DNA of 64,000 nucleotides from a bacterium (GTDB lineage Bacteria; Bacillota_I; Bacilli_A; RFN20; CAG-288): NCBI GenBank assembly GCA_963612025.1, contig CAVDUB010000001.1, positions 75,577 to 139,576 of the forward strand, read 5' to 3'. Shown piece by piece: positions 56,162 to 64,000 of this stretch (position 1 is its first letter; each line of letters starts with the position of its first letter). The notes under the pieces were generated by a model. It saw only the letters and a program-made list of their open reading frames with translations, ran no database searches and was not told where the DNA came from. The position numbers and the translations under genes were made by a program.

Positions 56162-56599
56162 TTAGTCGTCAATGACAATACCCATGGACTTTGCAGATCC
56201 GGCGACGCATCTTTCAGCAGCCTCGAGGGAATCCACATTGAGATCAGGCATCTTGTATTCGGCGATCTTCTTGACATCTTCCTTCTTGACATGGCCGATG
56301 ACTTCTTTGTTGCTTCCGCCATGATCAGGTCCTTTGCGTCCTTTCTGGACACCAGCAGCCTTTAAGAGAAGATAAGTGGTTGGAGTGGTTTTGAAACTCA
56401 TCTCGAATGTACGATCTTCATAGATCGTGAGAATGCAAGGAACGACTTCGCCTCTTCTGTCAGCGGTCTTGGCATTGAATTCCTGGCAGAATTTTCCACC
56501 GATACCATAAGGACCAAGTTTTTGACCCAACTTTGCCGGATTTGCTCCGCCGCCTTCAGCACGAATAATCATCGTTCTGGTGACTTTTTTTGCAGCCAT
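56162..56599 (-). CDS. rplK: 50S ribosomal protein L11
   Basis: L11-like sequence is present (GGANPAKLGQKLGPYGI...TFEMSFKTTPTTYLL). Confidence 0.97.
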   Translation of the reverse strand: MAAKKVTRTMIIRAEGGGANPAKLGQKLGPYGIGGKFCQEFNAKTADRRGEVVPCILTIYEDRTFEMSFKTTPTTYLLLKAAGVQKGRKGPDHGGSNKEVIGHVKKEDVKKIAEYKMPDLNVDSLEAAERCVAGSAKSMGIVIDD

Positions 56600-56717
56600 T
56601 TGTTTTTCCTCCTATGACATGCACCGTGGTACTGACAGTTGTCACTGACTTCCCACCGTATGGTTATAGAGCATACACGCCCAAAAAAATGGGCATAAAA
56701 TGCCTAAAACCTTATCG

Positions 56718-56746
56718 ATTATACTAGCAAGGACCACGCAATGCAA
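56718..56746 (-). promoter_or_regulatory. Strong candidate promoter of the rplK operon
   Basis: On the minus strand the pattern is TTGCAT-17 nt-TATAAT, leaving a leader of about 110 nt that contains a GGCATtttATGCC+T7 hairpin. Confidence 0.6.
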
Positions 56747-56858
56747 CTCTTTTTTTCAGTTTCTGTTGGATGACTCAACCAATACACAAAAATCATGCGA
56801 AAATCATGTATTTTTTATCTTGTTTTATTCTTGCTTATTTTTCAGAGAAAATCTTTTC

Positions 56859-56887
56859 TTGCATACGCATCCTGTTTGTGATAAATT
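56859..56887 (+). promoter_or_regulatory. Candidate rplS promoter
   Basis: The pattern is TTGCAT-17 nt-TAAATT with an upstream TGn extension, leaving a leader of about 90 nt (possible L19 leader; unverified). Confidence 0.5.
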
Positions 56888-56984
56888 ATCCCTTGCCTAT
56901 CTAGGCTAACTGATGCACCGCTGGAGTGTCACTCGACCATGTGCAACAGGACAACACAATTATTTCCAAAGGAGAAACTAATTC

Positions 56985-57461
56985 ATGAACAAACAGTTAG
57001 TTCAGCAGATCACTGCTACACAGATCAGACACGATCTTCCTGAGTTCGAGATTGGTGACACCATCAAGGTCATGGTCACCATCCGTGAAAACAATAAGGA
57101 AAGACAGCAGGCTTTCGAAGGTGTCGTCATCTCCATCAGAGGTGCCGGTGCATCCGAAACCTTTATCGTTAGAAAAGACTCCGCCGGTATCGGTGTCGAA
57201 AGAAACTTCTTGATCAACTCCCCATCCATCGCCTCCATCCAGGTCCTCAAGCATGGTAAAGTCAGAAGACATAAGCTCTATTATCTCAGAGCCCGCTCTG
57301 GCAAAGCCGCAAGATTGGAAGAAGTCATCCGCAAGGACAAGATTGCTGCCAACTTGGCTGCCACCAAGACCAATGCAGATAAGAAGAAAGCTGCAAACAA
57401 AGCCAAGGCCGAAGCTGCCAAGGCTGCCAAAGCTGAAGCCGCTGAAGCTGAAGCAAAGTAA
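56985..57461 (+). CDS. rplS: 50S ribosomal protein L19 with an Ala/Lys-rich C-terminal extension of about 40 aa
   Basis: The L19 core runs EFEIGDTIKVMV...VRRHKLYYLR. The tail reads AANLAATKTNADKKKAANKAKAEAAKAAKAEAAEAEAK. Confidence 0.96.
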   Translation: MNKQLVQQITATQIRHDLPEFEIGDTIKVMVTIRENNKERQQAFEGVVISIRGAGASETFIVRKDSAGIGVERNFLINSPSIASIQVLKHGKVRRHKLYYLRARSGKAARLEEVIRKDKIAANLAATKTNADKKKAANKAKAEAAKAAKAEAAEAEAK

Positions 57462-57504
57462 ATCCATCTTCCAATACGCATTCTTATTCAATAAAATAGT
57501 GACA

Positions 57505-57531
57505 AGTCGGTCCATTTGGCCGACTTTTTTC
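57505..57531 (+). terminator. Rho-independent terminator after rplS
   Basis: The stem AGTCGG..CCGACT is followed by TTTTTT. Confidence 0.75.
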
Positions 57532-57619
57532 ATGTCTATTTTTATTCGAAATGAAAAGAGGAAAGGAATTCCTTGATAAGGAAGGCACAGAAAACGTTCC
57601 TAAAATGCATGAGTTACAA

Positions 57620-57671
57620 AAAATGAGGCACTTTTATGTGAAATCCTACAATAAAATGAGCCACTTTTTAT
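57620..57671. repeat. Direct repeat AAAATGAG(G/C)CACTTTT(T)AT, two copies 33 nt apart
   Basis: The copies are read directly from the sequence at 57620-57637 and 57653-57671. Confidence 0.8.
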
Positions 57672-57708
57672 CTCAAACTACATTTTTATGTTTTTATACT
57701 CGTTTTTT

Positions 57709-57746
57709 AAAGTTCATAAAAGTTCACGAAGAAATTGGAAGTTCAC
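57709..57746. repeat. Three copies of (A/G)AAGTTCA(T/C), phased at 10 and 19 nt
   Basis: The copies are read directly from the sequence at 57709-17, 57719-27 and 57738-46. Confidence 0.8.
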
Positions 57747-58051
57747 TTTTTTCTTAAAATTACTTTGAAGTGATTAAAATGCAAGATAATCCATTCAATA
57801 TTCCATTTGGTAAAGAACCGAATACTTCGATTTCAAGAAATCGATGCCCCTGATCAAAAATGTTATTGCTTTCTCTTTTCATACGACTGACAACATCATT
57901 AAATACTTCATCAATCATTCTTGACATTCATTCAATAAATTCATTGCCTTTACTATGACAATCCCCTCTTCTAGAGCAGAGCAGGAAATTCTATTTCCGC
58001 TTTCTCATTTAGAAAAGGAAGAAAGAAAATTCATCTGTCCATATAAAACAC

Positions 58052-58080
58052 TTGACAGCGTTAAAAATCAAGCGTATACT
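58052..58080 (+). promoter_or_regulatory. Near-consensus promoter of rpsP
   Basis: The pattern is TTGACA-17 nt-TATACT, 34 nt upstream of the ATG at 58114. Confidence 0.65.
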
Positions 58081-58113
58081 TTTAGGGCTTTTAAATTTGG
58101 AGGACAAATATTT

Positions 58114-58401
58114 ATGGTTAAAATCAGATTAGCCCGTATCGGCAGAACGCATTATGCACAATACAGAATCGTCGTCAGCGATTCAAGAAGAATCCCGAAC
58201 TCTGCTTCCTTGGCTCAGTTAGGTTCCTACAACCCGAACACCAATGAGTGCACCATCGATGAAGCAGAAGCTCTCAAATGGTTGGCCAATGGTGCCATCC
58301 CATCCGATTCTGTCAAGACTCTTCTTTCCAAGAAGGGTATCTACAAGAAGCACTTGGATGCCAAGTTGGCTGCCAAGAAAGCCCACACTGAGGCAAAGTA
58401 A
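58114..58401 (+). CDS. rpsP: 30S ribosomal protein S16
   Basis: The start was moved to the ATG at 58114 behind a GGAGG RBS. The sequence begins MVKIRLARIGRTHYAQYRIVV. Confidence 0.97.
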   Translation: MVKIRLARIGRTHYAQYRIVVSDSRRIPNSASLAQLGSYNPNTNECTIDEAEALKWLANGAIPSDSVKTLLSKKGIYKKHLDAKLAAKKAHTEAK

Positions 58402-58403
58402 TC

Positions 58404-58697
58404 ATGGAAACCGAAACTAACCTCGATCTCACTGGGGACATCCGCTCACTCATCGAACCGTTGGTTAGCAAGCCTGAGGTTATCCAGATCAAGCGTATGG
58501 ATAAACCTGAGGAACTTGGAAAAAGAGAGCAGAACTATCTGATTCTCTGCGAAAAAGAAGACCTCGGCAAGTTGATCGGACGTCATGGTGTCATCTCTGA
58601 TTCCTTACGTACCATTCTCAATGTTTCCATCAAGAACATGAGAAAGAAGGTTCATCTCCGTTTCGAATCCTTCGACGAAGCCAATAACGCTCAATAA
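58404..58697 (+). CDS. ylqC: KH-domain RNA-binding protein (YlqC/KhpA-like)
   Basis: The KH motif is LGKLIGRHGVISDSLRTIL. Its position after rpsP is conserved. Confidence 0.88.
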   Translation: METETNLDLTGDIRSLIEPLVSKPEVIQIKRMDKPEELGKREQNYLILCEKEDLGKLIGRHGVISDSLRTILNVSIKNMRKKVHLRFESFDEANNAQ

Positions 58698-58705
58698 ATT
58701 CACAG

Positions 58706-58735
58706 ATGGGGAGTCTATCTCCCCATTTATTTTTC
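58706..58735 (+). terminator. Intrinsic terminator/attenuator between ylqC and rimM
   Basis: The stem ATGGGGA/TCCCCAT is followed by TTATTTTT, and the rimM RBS follows within about 15 nt. Confidence 0.55.
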
Positions 58736-58754
58736 ATTATAGAAAGGAAAAAAC

Positions 58755-59252
58755 ATGGCAAAAAAGAAAATCGGTCACATCGTCAATTTCTTCGGATTGA
58801 AGGGACAGCTGAAAGTCTCCGTCACTTCCTCCACAGCAGAAGAAAGATTCAAACCAGGAAAGAAAGTCTTGATTGCGGATGCCACAGGCGAAGAAAAAGA
58901 ATATGTCATCTCCTCGCTCATGATCAAGAACAGCCGTATCCTGGCAATCGGACTGGAAGGCTATGATGACATCAATCAGATCCAGTCCTTCATCAACAAA
59001 GACATTTATCAGAATGTCCGCGCTCCCAAAGGAACCTTCTTTTTCGACGAGCTCACTTCCATGGAGGTCATCGATGCGAAGGGCAACAGCCTTGGCGTTG
59101 TCGATCATGTCGAAAGAATGCCGGCTGGCGAATACCTTGTCATCGGAAAGACAAAATACATCCCCTTCCAAATTGACCGCTTCGTAAAGTCCGTCGACAA
59201 GAAAGAAAAGAAAATCTATCTCACGGAATTGGGAAGCGAAGCCGCTCAATGA
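58755..59252 (+). CDS. rimM: 16S rRNA processing protein RimM
   Basis: The sequence begins IGHIVNFFGLKGQLKV, and its length and position fit RimM. Confidence 0.92.
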   Translation: MAKKKIGHIVNFFGLKGQLKVSVTSSTAEERFKPGKKVLIADATGEEKEYVISSLMIKNSRILAIGLEGYDDINQIQSFINKDIYQNVRAPKGTFFFDELTSMEVIDAKGNSLGVVDHVERMPAGEYLVIGKTKYIPFQIDRFVKSVDKKEKKIYLTELGSEAAQ

Positions 59253-60037
59253 TGAAAATAAAAATCATGACGCTCTTTCCGGGATTCTATAACGAATTCC
59301 TGAAAAGTTCCATCATCGGCAGAGCCATCAGCAAGGGCATTGTCGAAATCACCTTGGTCAACATCAGAGACTATTCGCTCGACAAAAACCACCGCGTCGA
59401 CGATCATCCGATCGGAGGTGGGGCCGGACTCATCATGCGGATGGAACCTCTGATGGATTGCCTAAAAGCCAATACGAATGAAAAAACACACAAGATTTTT
59501 CTAGGCCCGAAAGGACATACCTTCACCCAGAAAGATGCAATCCGTCTTTCCAAGATGGAAGAAATTTGTTTCATATGCGGACACTATGAAGGTGTCGACT
59601 CCCGTTTTGAAGACTATGTCGATGAAACCCTGTCGTTGGGCGATTTCATCTTGACAGGGGGAGAGATTCCCGCTATGGCCTTCACAGATAGCATCGTCCG
59701 CCTTCTTGAGGGAGCCATCAGCAAGGACTCCACCAAGGAGGAATCCTTCACCAACACCATCTTAGAATACCCTCAATACACCTATCCGAGGGAATATGAT
59801 GGTAAGAAAGTTCCCGACATTCTCTTCTGCGGAAACCATGAGGTAATTGAAAATTACCGTCGCAAGCAGGCAATTAAGGAAACATACGAAAAAAGGAAAG
59901 ATCTTTTTGACAAGATGACGTATTCCAGGAAAGATGCCAAGATCATCCAAGAAGTCATCAATCACGACAATTCATTGACTGAAAAGGAATTGGAAGCCAT
60001 CGAAAAAGGAAAGAAATTCGTCGAAAAAGCAAACTAA
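59249..60037 (+). CDS. trmD: tRNA (guanine37-N1)-methyltransferase
   Basis: TrmD motifs are present (DDHPIGGGAGLIM, CGHYEGVDSR, LSLGDFILTGGE). Confidence 0.96.
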   Translation: MMKIKIMTLFPGFYNEFLKSSIIGRAISKGIVEITLVNIRDYSLDKNHRVDDHPIGGGAGLIMRMEPLMDCLKANTNEKTHKIFLGPKGHTFTQKDAIRLSKMEEICFICGHYEGVDSRFEDYVDETLSLGDFILTGGEIPAMAFTDSIVRLLEGAISKDSTKEESFTNTILEYPQYTYPREYDGKKVPDILFCGNHEVIENYRRKQAIKETYEKRKDLFDKMTYSRKDAKIIQEVINHDNSLTEKELEAIEKGKKFVEKAN

Positions 60038-60090
60038 AAAAAATGCAGCCTTTCTCTAACCTATGCAGGAAGAGGGACTGCAGTTTTTAT

Positions 60091-61443
60091 TTATCTCTGC
60101 TGTTTGAACTGCGACATCATCATTTGGGCGGCACGTGGATTCTTCTGCATGAGAGCCATCTGCTTCTTCATCATTTCGAAAGATTCCAAAAGCTTGGAGA
60201 CTTCATTCGGCTGAACACCGGCACCCTTGGCAATACGGATCTTGCGGCTGGTCTTGACCATCTCCGGCTTCTTTCTTTCCTGACGAGTCATGGAATTGAT
60301 GATGACCTCTGTCTTTTTGAGCATCGCCTGGGCAGCATCGACCTGTTCATCGTCCATCTTGGGCATATTCGGAAGCATGGTCAGAATCTTTTTGAGAGGT
60401 CCAAGGCGGTTCATCTGCTTCATCAAGGAAAGCATGTCATTGAGATCAAACAGACCCTGCTGAAGTCTTCTCGATGTCTTTTCCGCCTGCTTGGCATCAA
60501 TTTTTTCCTGCATCTGCTCGACAAGGCTGACAATATCGCCCATGCCAAGGATTCTTGAGGCCATGCGGTCAGGATGGAAATTCTCAAAGTCAGTGATCTT
60601 TTCACCGGTACCGGCATATTTGATTGGAATTCCGGTCAGTTTCTTGATCGACAAGGCGGCACCACCGCGGGAATCGCCATCAAGTTTCGTCATGACAAGA
60701 CCCGTGATCTTGATCTGCGAATGGAAAGACAAAGCGACATTGGTCGCATTCTGACCGACAAGGGAATCGACGGTCAGCAAGGTTTCATCCACATGCACGA
60801 TTTGCTGGATATCCTTGAGTTCCTGCATGAGTTTCTCATCGATTTCCAATCGGCCGGCCGTATCGAGAATGAGAATCTGATATTTCTCATTGCAGGCTTT
60901 TTCATAGGCTGCCTTGGCAATGAGAGGAACCGCAGTTCCAGTCTCATCCGAATAAGTGTCGACAGCCGGCGAACACTTCAATCCGAGGTTTCTCAACTGT
61001 TCGATGGCTGCAGGACGATAGACGTCAAGGGCTCCAAAGAGAACCTTCTTGTGATTCTTCGTTTCGAAAAGCTGCGCAAGCTTGGCAGCCGAGGTTGTCT
61101 TACCCGTACCCTGCAAACCCACCATCATGATGACAGTCGGTCTTCCATCCAAGCGGAAGGGAATGTCATTATCGCCATCGCCCAAGAGTTTTTCCATCTT
61201 GTCATGGACAATCTTGACGACCATGTCTCCGGGAGAGACTTTCTCAAGGACCTTCTGTCCGATGGATTCCTCTTTGACTTCTTTGATGAAATCCGAGACA
61301 ACATCATAATTCACATCTGCCTCCAAAAGTGCCTTGCGCACTTCGGAGAGCATTTCATCCATATTCTTTTCACTCAGTGTCGCCTGTCCGCGCATCTTCT
61401 TGAAGATGCCGGAAAGACGGGATGAAAGACTTTCAAACGCCAT
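60091..61443 (-). CDS. ffh: Signal recognition particle protein Ffh (SRP54)
   Basis: Motifs are GLQGTGKTT and DTAGR, with a Met-rich M domain. Confidence 0.98.
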   Translation of the reverse strand: MAFESLSSRLSGIFKKMRGQATLSEKNMDEMLSEVRKALLEADVNYDVVSDFIKEVKEESIGQKVLEKVSPGDMVVKIVHDKMEKLLGDGDNDIPFRLDGRPTVIMMVGLQGTGKTTSAAKLAQLFETKNHKKVLFGALDVYRPAAIEQLRNLGLKCSPAVDTYSDETGTAVPLIAKAAYEKACNEKYQILILDTAGRLEIDEKLMQELKDIQQIVHVDETLLTVDSLVGQNATNVALSFHSQIKITGLVMTKLDGDSRGGAALSIKKLTGIPIKYAGTGEKITDFENFHPDRMASRILGMGDIVSLVEQMQEKIDAKQAEKTSRRLQQGLFDLNDMLSLMKQMNRLGPLKKILTMLPNMPKMDDEQVDAAQAMLKKTEVIINSMTRQERKKPEMVKTSRKIRIAKGAGVQPNEVSKLLESFEMMKKQMALMQKNPRAAQMMMSQFKQQR

Positions 61444-61771
61444 ATTCGATTTCTCCTTTCAGTTTCCGGATCAGCTTTTCTCTTTCTTCTTCCTTCTTTT
61501 CGAGTGAAAGCTGATTCAGAAGTTGCAGCATATTTCGGCTTTTTTCATAGACACAAAGACAATTTTCATATTTTTCAAGTTGTTTCTCGCCATTGCTCAG
61601 GGATTCAAAGATTGCATTTCGCGAGACATTTTCCACCTGGGAAATCTCTGTGATGGAATAATCCTCCAGATAGAAGAGTTCCATGCGATGATGAATGTTC
61701 TCTGTCAGCAGTCCCCCATAGATGAGAAGAAGCTGGGAGACACGCTCCTTTTTCTCCAATTCATTTTCCAT
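61433..61771 (-). CDS. ylxM: YlxM/p13-like putative DNA-binding protein (UPF0122)
   Basis: It holds the conserved position upstream of ffh. The HTH-like region is DYSITEISQVENVSRNAIFESL. Confidence 0.85.
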   Translation of the reverse strand: MENELEKKERVSQLLLIYGGLLTENIHHRMELFYLEDYSITEISQVENVSRNAIFESLSNGEKQLEKYENCLCVYEKSRNMLQLLNQLSLEKKEEEREKLIRKLKGEIEYGV

Positions 61772-61774
61772 AGG

Positions 61775-62029
61775 TCAAAGAAGGAATAAAAGCAGATCCC
61801 AGAGACAGAAGAAGATGCCCGTCAGGAAGAATGAGTACCAGAAACGTGCGTACCGATAGAAATGAATGCGATCGATCCACTGCTCCATGAGAGCAAAGAT
61901 AAAAGCAAGGATAATGGAAGTGATGATATCAGCCAGATAGACGTTGGGAATCAGAAAACTGACAACGGCGCTGACAAGCATATTGAGGAAGAAGATGAAG
62001 AGGAGTTCAAGAAGAAATTGTCTATTCAT
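61775..62029 (-). CDS. Hypothetical small membrane protein (about 84 aa, 3 TM) wedged between ftsY and ylxM
   Basis: The ATG at 62029 overlaps the ftsY stop (ATGAATAG), and the stop lies 3 nt before the ylxM start. The protein has three hydrophobic segments and no homology that I recognise. Confidence 0.4.
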   Translation of the reverse strand: MNRQFLLELLFIFFLNMLVSAVVSFLIPNVYLADIITSIILAFIFALMEQWIDRIHFYRYARFWYSFFLTGIFFCLWDLLLFLL

Positions 62030-63083
62030 GGTTCTCGTCACCTTTTCCGATCAATAAGCCATAGAGGTATTTATCCAAATCGAATTCCTCAAGATCATCC
62101 ATCTTTTCGCCCAATCCGATGAATTTCACCGGCAAGGCGAGGCGGTCGCGGATGGAGAGGATGATGCCGCCCTTGGAAGTGCCATCCATCTTCGTGATGA
62201 TGATGCCTGTGAGATTGACGGCTTCTTTGAACACGCTGGCCTGATCGATGCCATTCTGGCCTGTATTGGCGTCGATGATGAGAAGCGATTCATGCGGAGC
62301 TTCCGGAATGACCTTCTTGATGACACGGACCATCTTGGAAAGCTCATCCATGAGTCCCTTCTTGTTCTGAAGTCTTCCTGCTGTATCGACGAAGACAAGA
62401 TCATATTGTTCATTGACGGCCTTTTTCATGGCATCATAACAGAGGGATGCCGGATCGCTGTTGGCCTTGGAAAGAATATCCACACCGACTCTTCCTGCCC
62501 AATAGGTCAATTGTTCCACTGCACCGGCACGGAATGTATCGCCGGCGACAAGAAGAACCTTCTTGCCTCTTTCCTTGTATTTATGCGCCAATTTAGCCAC
62601 TGTCGTCGTTTTTCCGACGCCATTGACGCCGCACATGAAGATGACAGTCGGTCCATTCTCCGCAAAGGAAAGCTCGGTCGAAAAGCTTCCACCCTTATTT
62701 GCATAGGAAACGAACATCTTATCGATGAGAAGGTCGTTGAGTTCCTCCACCGAGGTGATCTTCTTTGCCGAAGCCTCCATAGAGGTCTCTTTGATCAATT
62801 CCAAGGAGAGAGAAACACCGACATCCGCTTCGATCAAGATGCGTTCAAGAGCATCAAAATATTCCTGGTTGACGACCTTATTCGAATTGGCCAATTTCTT
62901 GAGTTTCTCTGTGAAGCCAATTCTAGATTTATCCAGACCGGCCACATACTTTTCTTCGACCTGTCTTTCCTTTTCCTTTTCAGAGATTTCCTCTGGTTTC
63001 TTTTCTTCGACAGGAACGTCCTTCTTTTCCTCTTCTTCCTTATGATGAGAAAATTTATTTTTCAGAAAGTTGATGAGTCCCAT
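62022..63083 (-). CDS. ftsY: Signal recognition particle receptor FtsY
   Basis: Motifs are GVNGVGKTTT and DTAGR, with an acidic/K-rich N-terminal domain. Confidence 0.97.
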   Translation of the reverse strand: MGLINFLKNKFSHHKEEEEKKDVPVEEKKPEEISEKEKERQVEEKYVAGLDKSRIGFTEKLKKLANSNKVVNQEYFDALERILIEADVGVSLSLELIKETSMEASAKKITSVEELNDLLIDKMFVSYANKGGSFSTELSFAENGPTVIFMCGVNGVGKTTTVAKLAHKYKERGKKVLLVAGDTFRAGAVEQLTYWAGRVGVDILSKANSDPASLCYDAMKKAVNEQYDLVFVDTAGRLQNKKGLMDELSKMVRVIKKVIPEAPHESLLIIDANTGQNGIDQASVFKEAVNLTGIIITKMDGTSKGGIILSIRDRLALPVKFIGLGEKMDDLEEFDLDKYLYGLLIGKGDENHE

Positions 63084-63087
63084 ATTA

Positions 63088-63771
63088 TTATTTACCTACC
63101 TTTTTCTTGATGGCATCACTTGCCGCATTGATTTCCGCTTCCTTCGTGTTATGTCCTTTTCCCTGACCGAGGATGACATCACCCAAACGAACCTCGACTG
63201 TGAAGCAGACATCATCGGAAAGAAGATTCTCCTGCTTGACCACGACATATTGCGGAGAGGCGCCTTTGAGAATCTCCTGAAGACGCGACTTGCTATCCCT
63301 AGAAAGAGAAATGTTCATTGCCCCATCCAGAAGTGGGGTAAAAATGGAAAGCAGCAGCTGACGGACAAATTCATATCCCTGATCGAGATAGACCGCTCCG
63401 ATGAAGGATTCGAAGACATCTTCATGGATATGTCTGTGGAATTTGCTGTTTGCCTTCTCTCCCTGGCTATAGCGGATAAGAGAAGAAAATCCGAAGAGCT
63501 CCTCCGAGAAATAAGTCAAGGTTTCTCCGCCGACCAAAGCAGCACGCATCTTGGTTAGGGTTCCGGAATTTGCCTCTGGTCTCGCCTGATAGACCATGTC
63601 TCCAACAACCATATCAAGAATGGAATCACCTAAAAATTCCAATCGATCATAGCTTTTGCATTCCTTATGCTCATTCGAATAGGAAGCGTGGGTAAAAGCC
63701 TGCTCATAAAGAGAGAGATCATTGGGTATGATATTGAAACGATCAAAAACCTTCTGTATTCCGTCAATCAT
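63088..63771 (-). CDS. rnc: Ribonuclease III
   Basis: The start was moved to the ATG at 63771, which makes an ATGA overlap with the plsX stop. The signature is DRLEFLGDSILD, and a dsRBD C-terminus is present. Confidence 0.93.
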   Translation of the reverse strand: MIDGIQKVFDRFNIIPNDLSLYEQAFTHASYSNEHKECKSYDRLEFLGDSILDMVVGDMVYQARPEANSGTLTKMRAALVGGETLTYFSEELFGFSSLIRYSQGEKANSKFHRHIHEDVFESFIGAVYLDQGYEFVRQLLLSIFTPLLDGAMNISLSRDSKSRLQEILKGASPQYVVVKQENLLSDDVCFTVEVRLGDVILGQGKGHNTKEAEINAASDAIKKKVGK

Positions 63772-64000
63772 TCTGGTTTCTTCTCCACTGTCGAAAAATA
63801 GTCCTTGATTCTCTCGACAATCTTGCAATCGATCATCTTCTGGCAGACATCGATGGCTTGATAGAAGGCATATTCATTGGAGTTTCCATGTGCCTTGACA
63901 CAGACACCATCGATTCCAAGAAGAATCGCACCTCCGTATTTTCGATAATCCATGACCTTCTTCATTCTCTTGAATCCCTTCGATGAGAAAAGATATCCAA
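63768..64000 (-). CDS. plsX: Phosphate acyltransferase PlsX, C-terminal part only (the 5' end lies beyond the right window edge)
   Basis: The reading frame stays open to position 64000. The C-terminal sequence YGGAILLGIDGVCVKAHGNS is typical of PlsX. Confidence 0.85.
   Translation of the reverse strand, partial: GYLFSSKGFKRMKKVMDYRKYGGAILLGIDGVCVKAHGNSNEYAFYQAIDVCQKMIDCKIVERIKDYFSTVEKKPE

Noticed and set aside
56700-56909. A 69-aa plus-strand ORF lies between rplK and rplS.
   Set aside because: It overlaps the two back-to-back promoter candidates and the rplK leader. It has no RBS and no recognisable motif.
57551-57757. A 68-aa ORF lies in the rplS-rpsP spacer.
   Set aside because: It has no RBS, and the repeats of the spacer run through it. 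Its composition is typical of AT-rich noncoding DNA.
1-64000. I considered an alternative genetic code (UGA=Trp, Mollicutes code 4).
   Set aside because: All long conserved genes are open under the standard code. TGA serves as a genuine stop at coupled junctions (TetR/RR TGATG; plsX/rnc ATGA).

Overview
The window looks like a chromosomal segment of a low-GC Firmicutes/Mollicutes-related bacterium (lineage is inference). It uses the standard code: TGA acts as a stop and all long housekeeping ORFs are intact. Core gene blocks are ileS-lspA-rluD; nadE; htpG preceded by a CIRCE operator; a MarR regulator with a heterodimeric ABC exporter; a hypothetical-NfeD-SPFH operon; rplK-rplA-rplJ-rplL-rpoB-rpoC-tRNA-Gly; rplS and rpsP-ylqC-rimM-trmD; and plsX-rnc-ftsY-(small ORF)-ylxM-ffh. 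Accessory content is as follows. (1) Four paralogous, domain-permuted GH3 glycosidases: three lie in an array at 15.3-26.6 kb together with a CBM-like lipoprotein, and a fourth is cut by the left window edge and absent from the ORF track. They are anchored by an N-terminal signal or lipobox plus a C-terminal TM helix rather than LPXTG. (2) An orphan LytTR regulator beside that array has a candidate promoter with a G9 homopolymer inside the -35/-10 spacer, a possible slipped-strand switch. I consider this the most interesting signal. (3) A translationally coupled TetR-LytTR-AgrC-like kinase cassette with a second TetR and no visible AgrB/AgrD. (4) An AT-rich islet next to a deviant initiator-like tRNA-Met carries a lone ABC/AAA_21-type ATPase. 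(5) A C10 (streptopain-like) cysteine protease lipoprotein is paired with a small secreted partner. (6) A frameshifted COG1373 ATPase pseudogene abuts tRNA-Leu. (7) Two intergenic regions carry 10-bp-phased direct repeats. No CRISPR array, IS element, rRNA or T-box was seen. All calls come from reading the sequence and ORF translations by eye. No searches were run, and promoter, terminator and operator calls are pattern-based.
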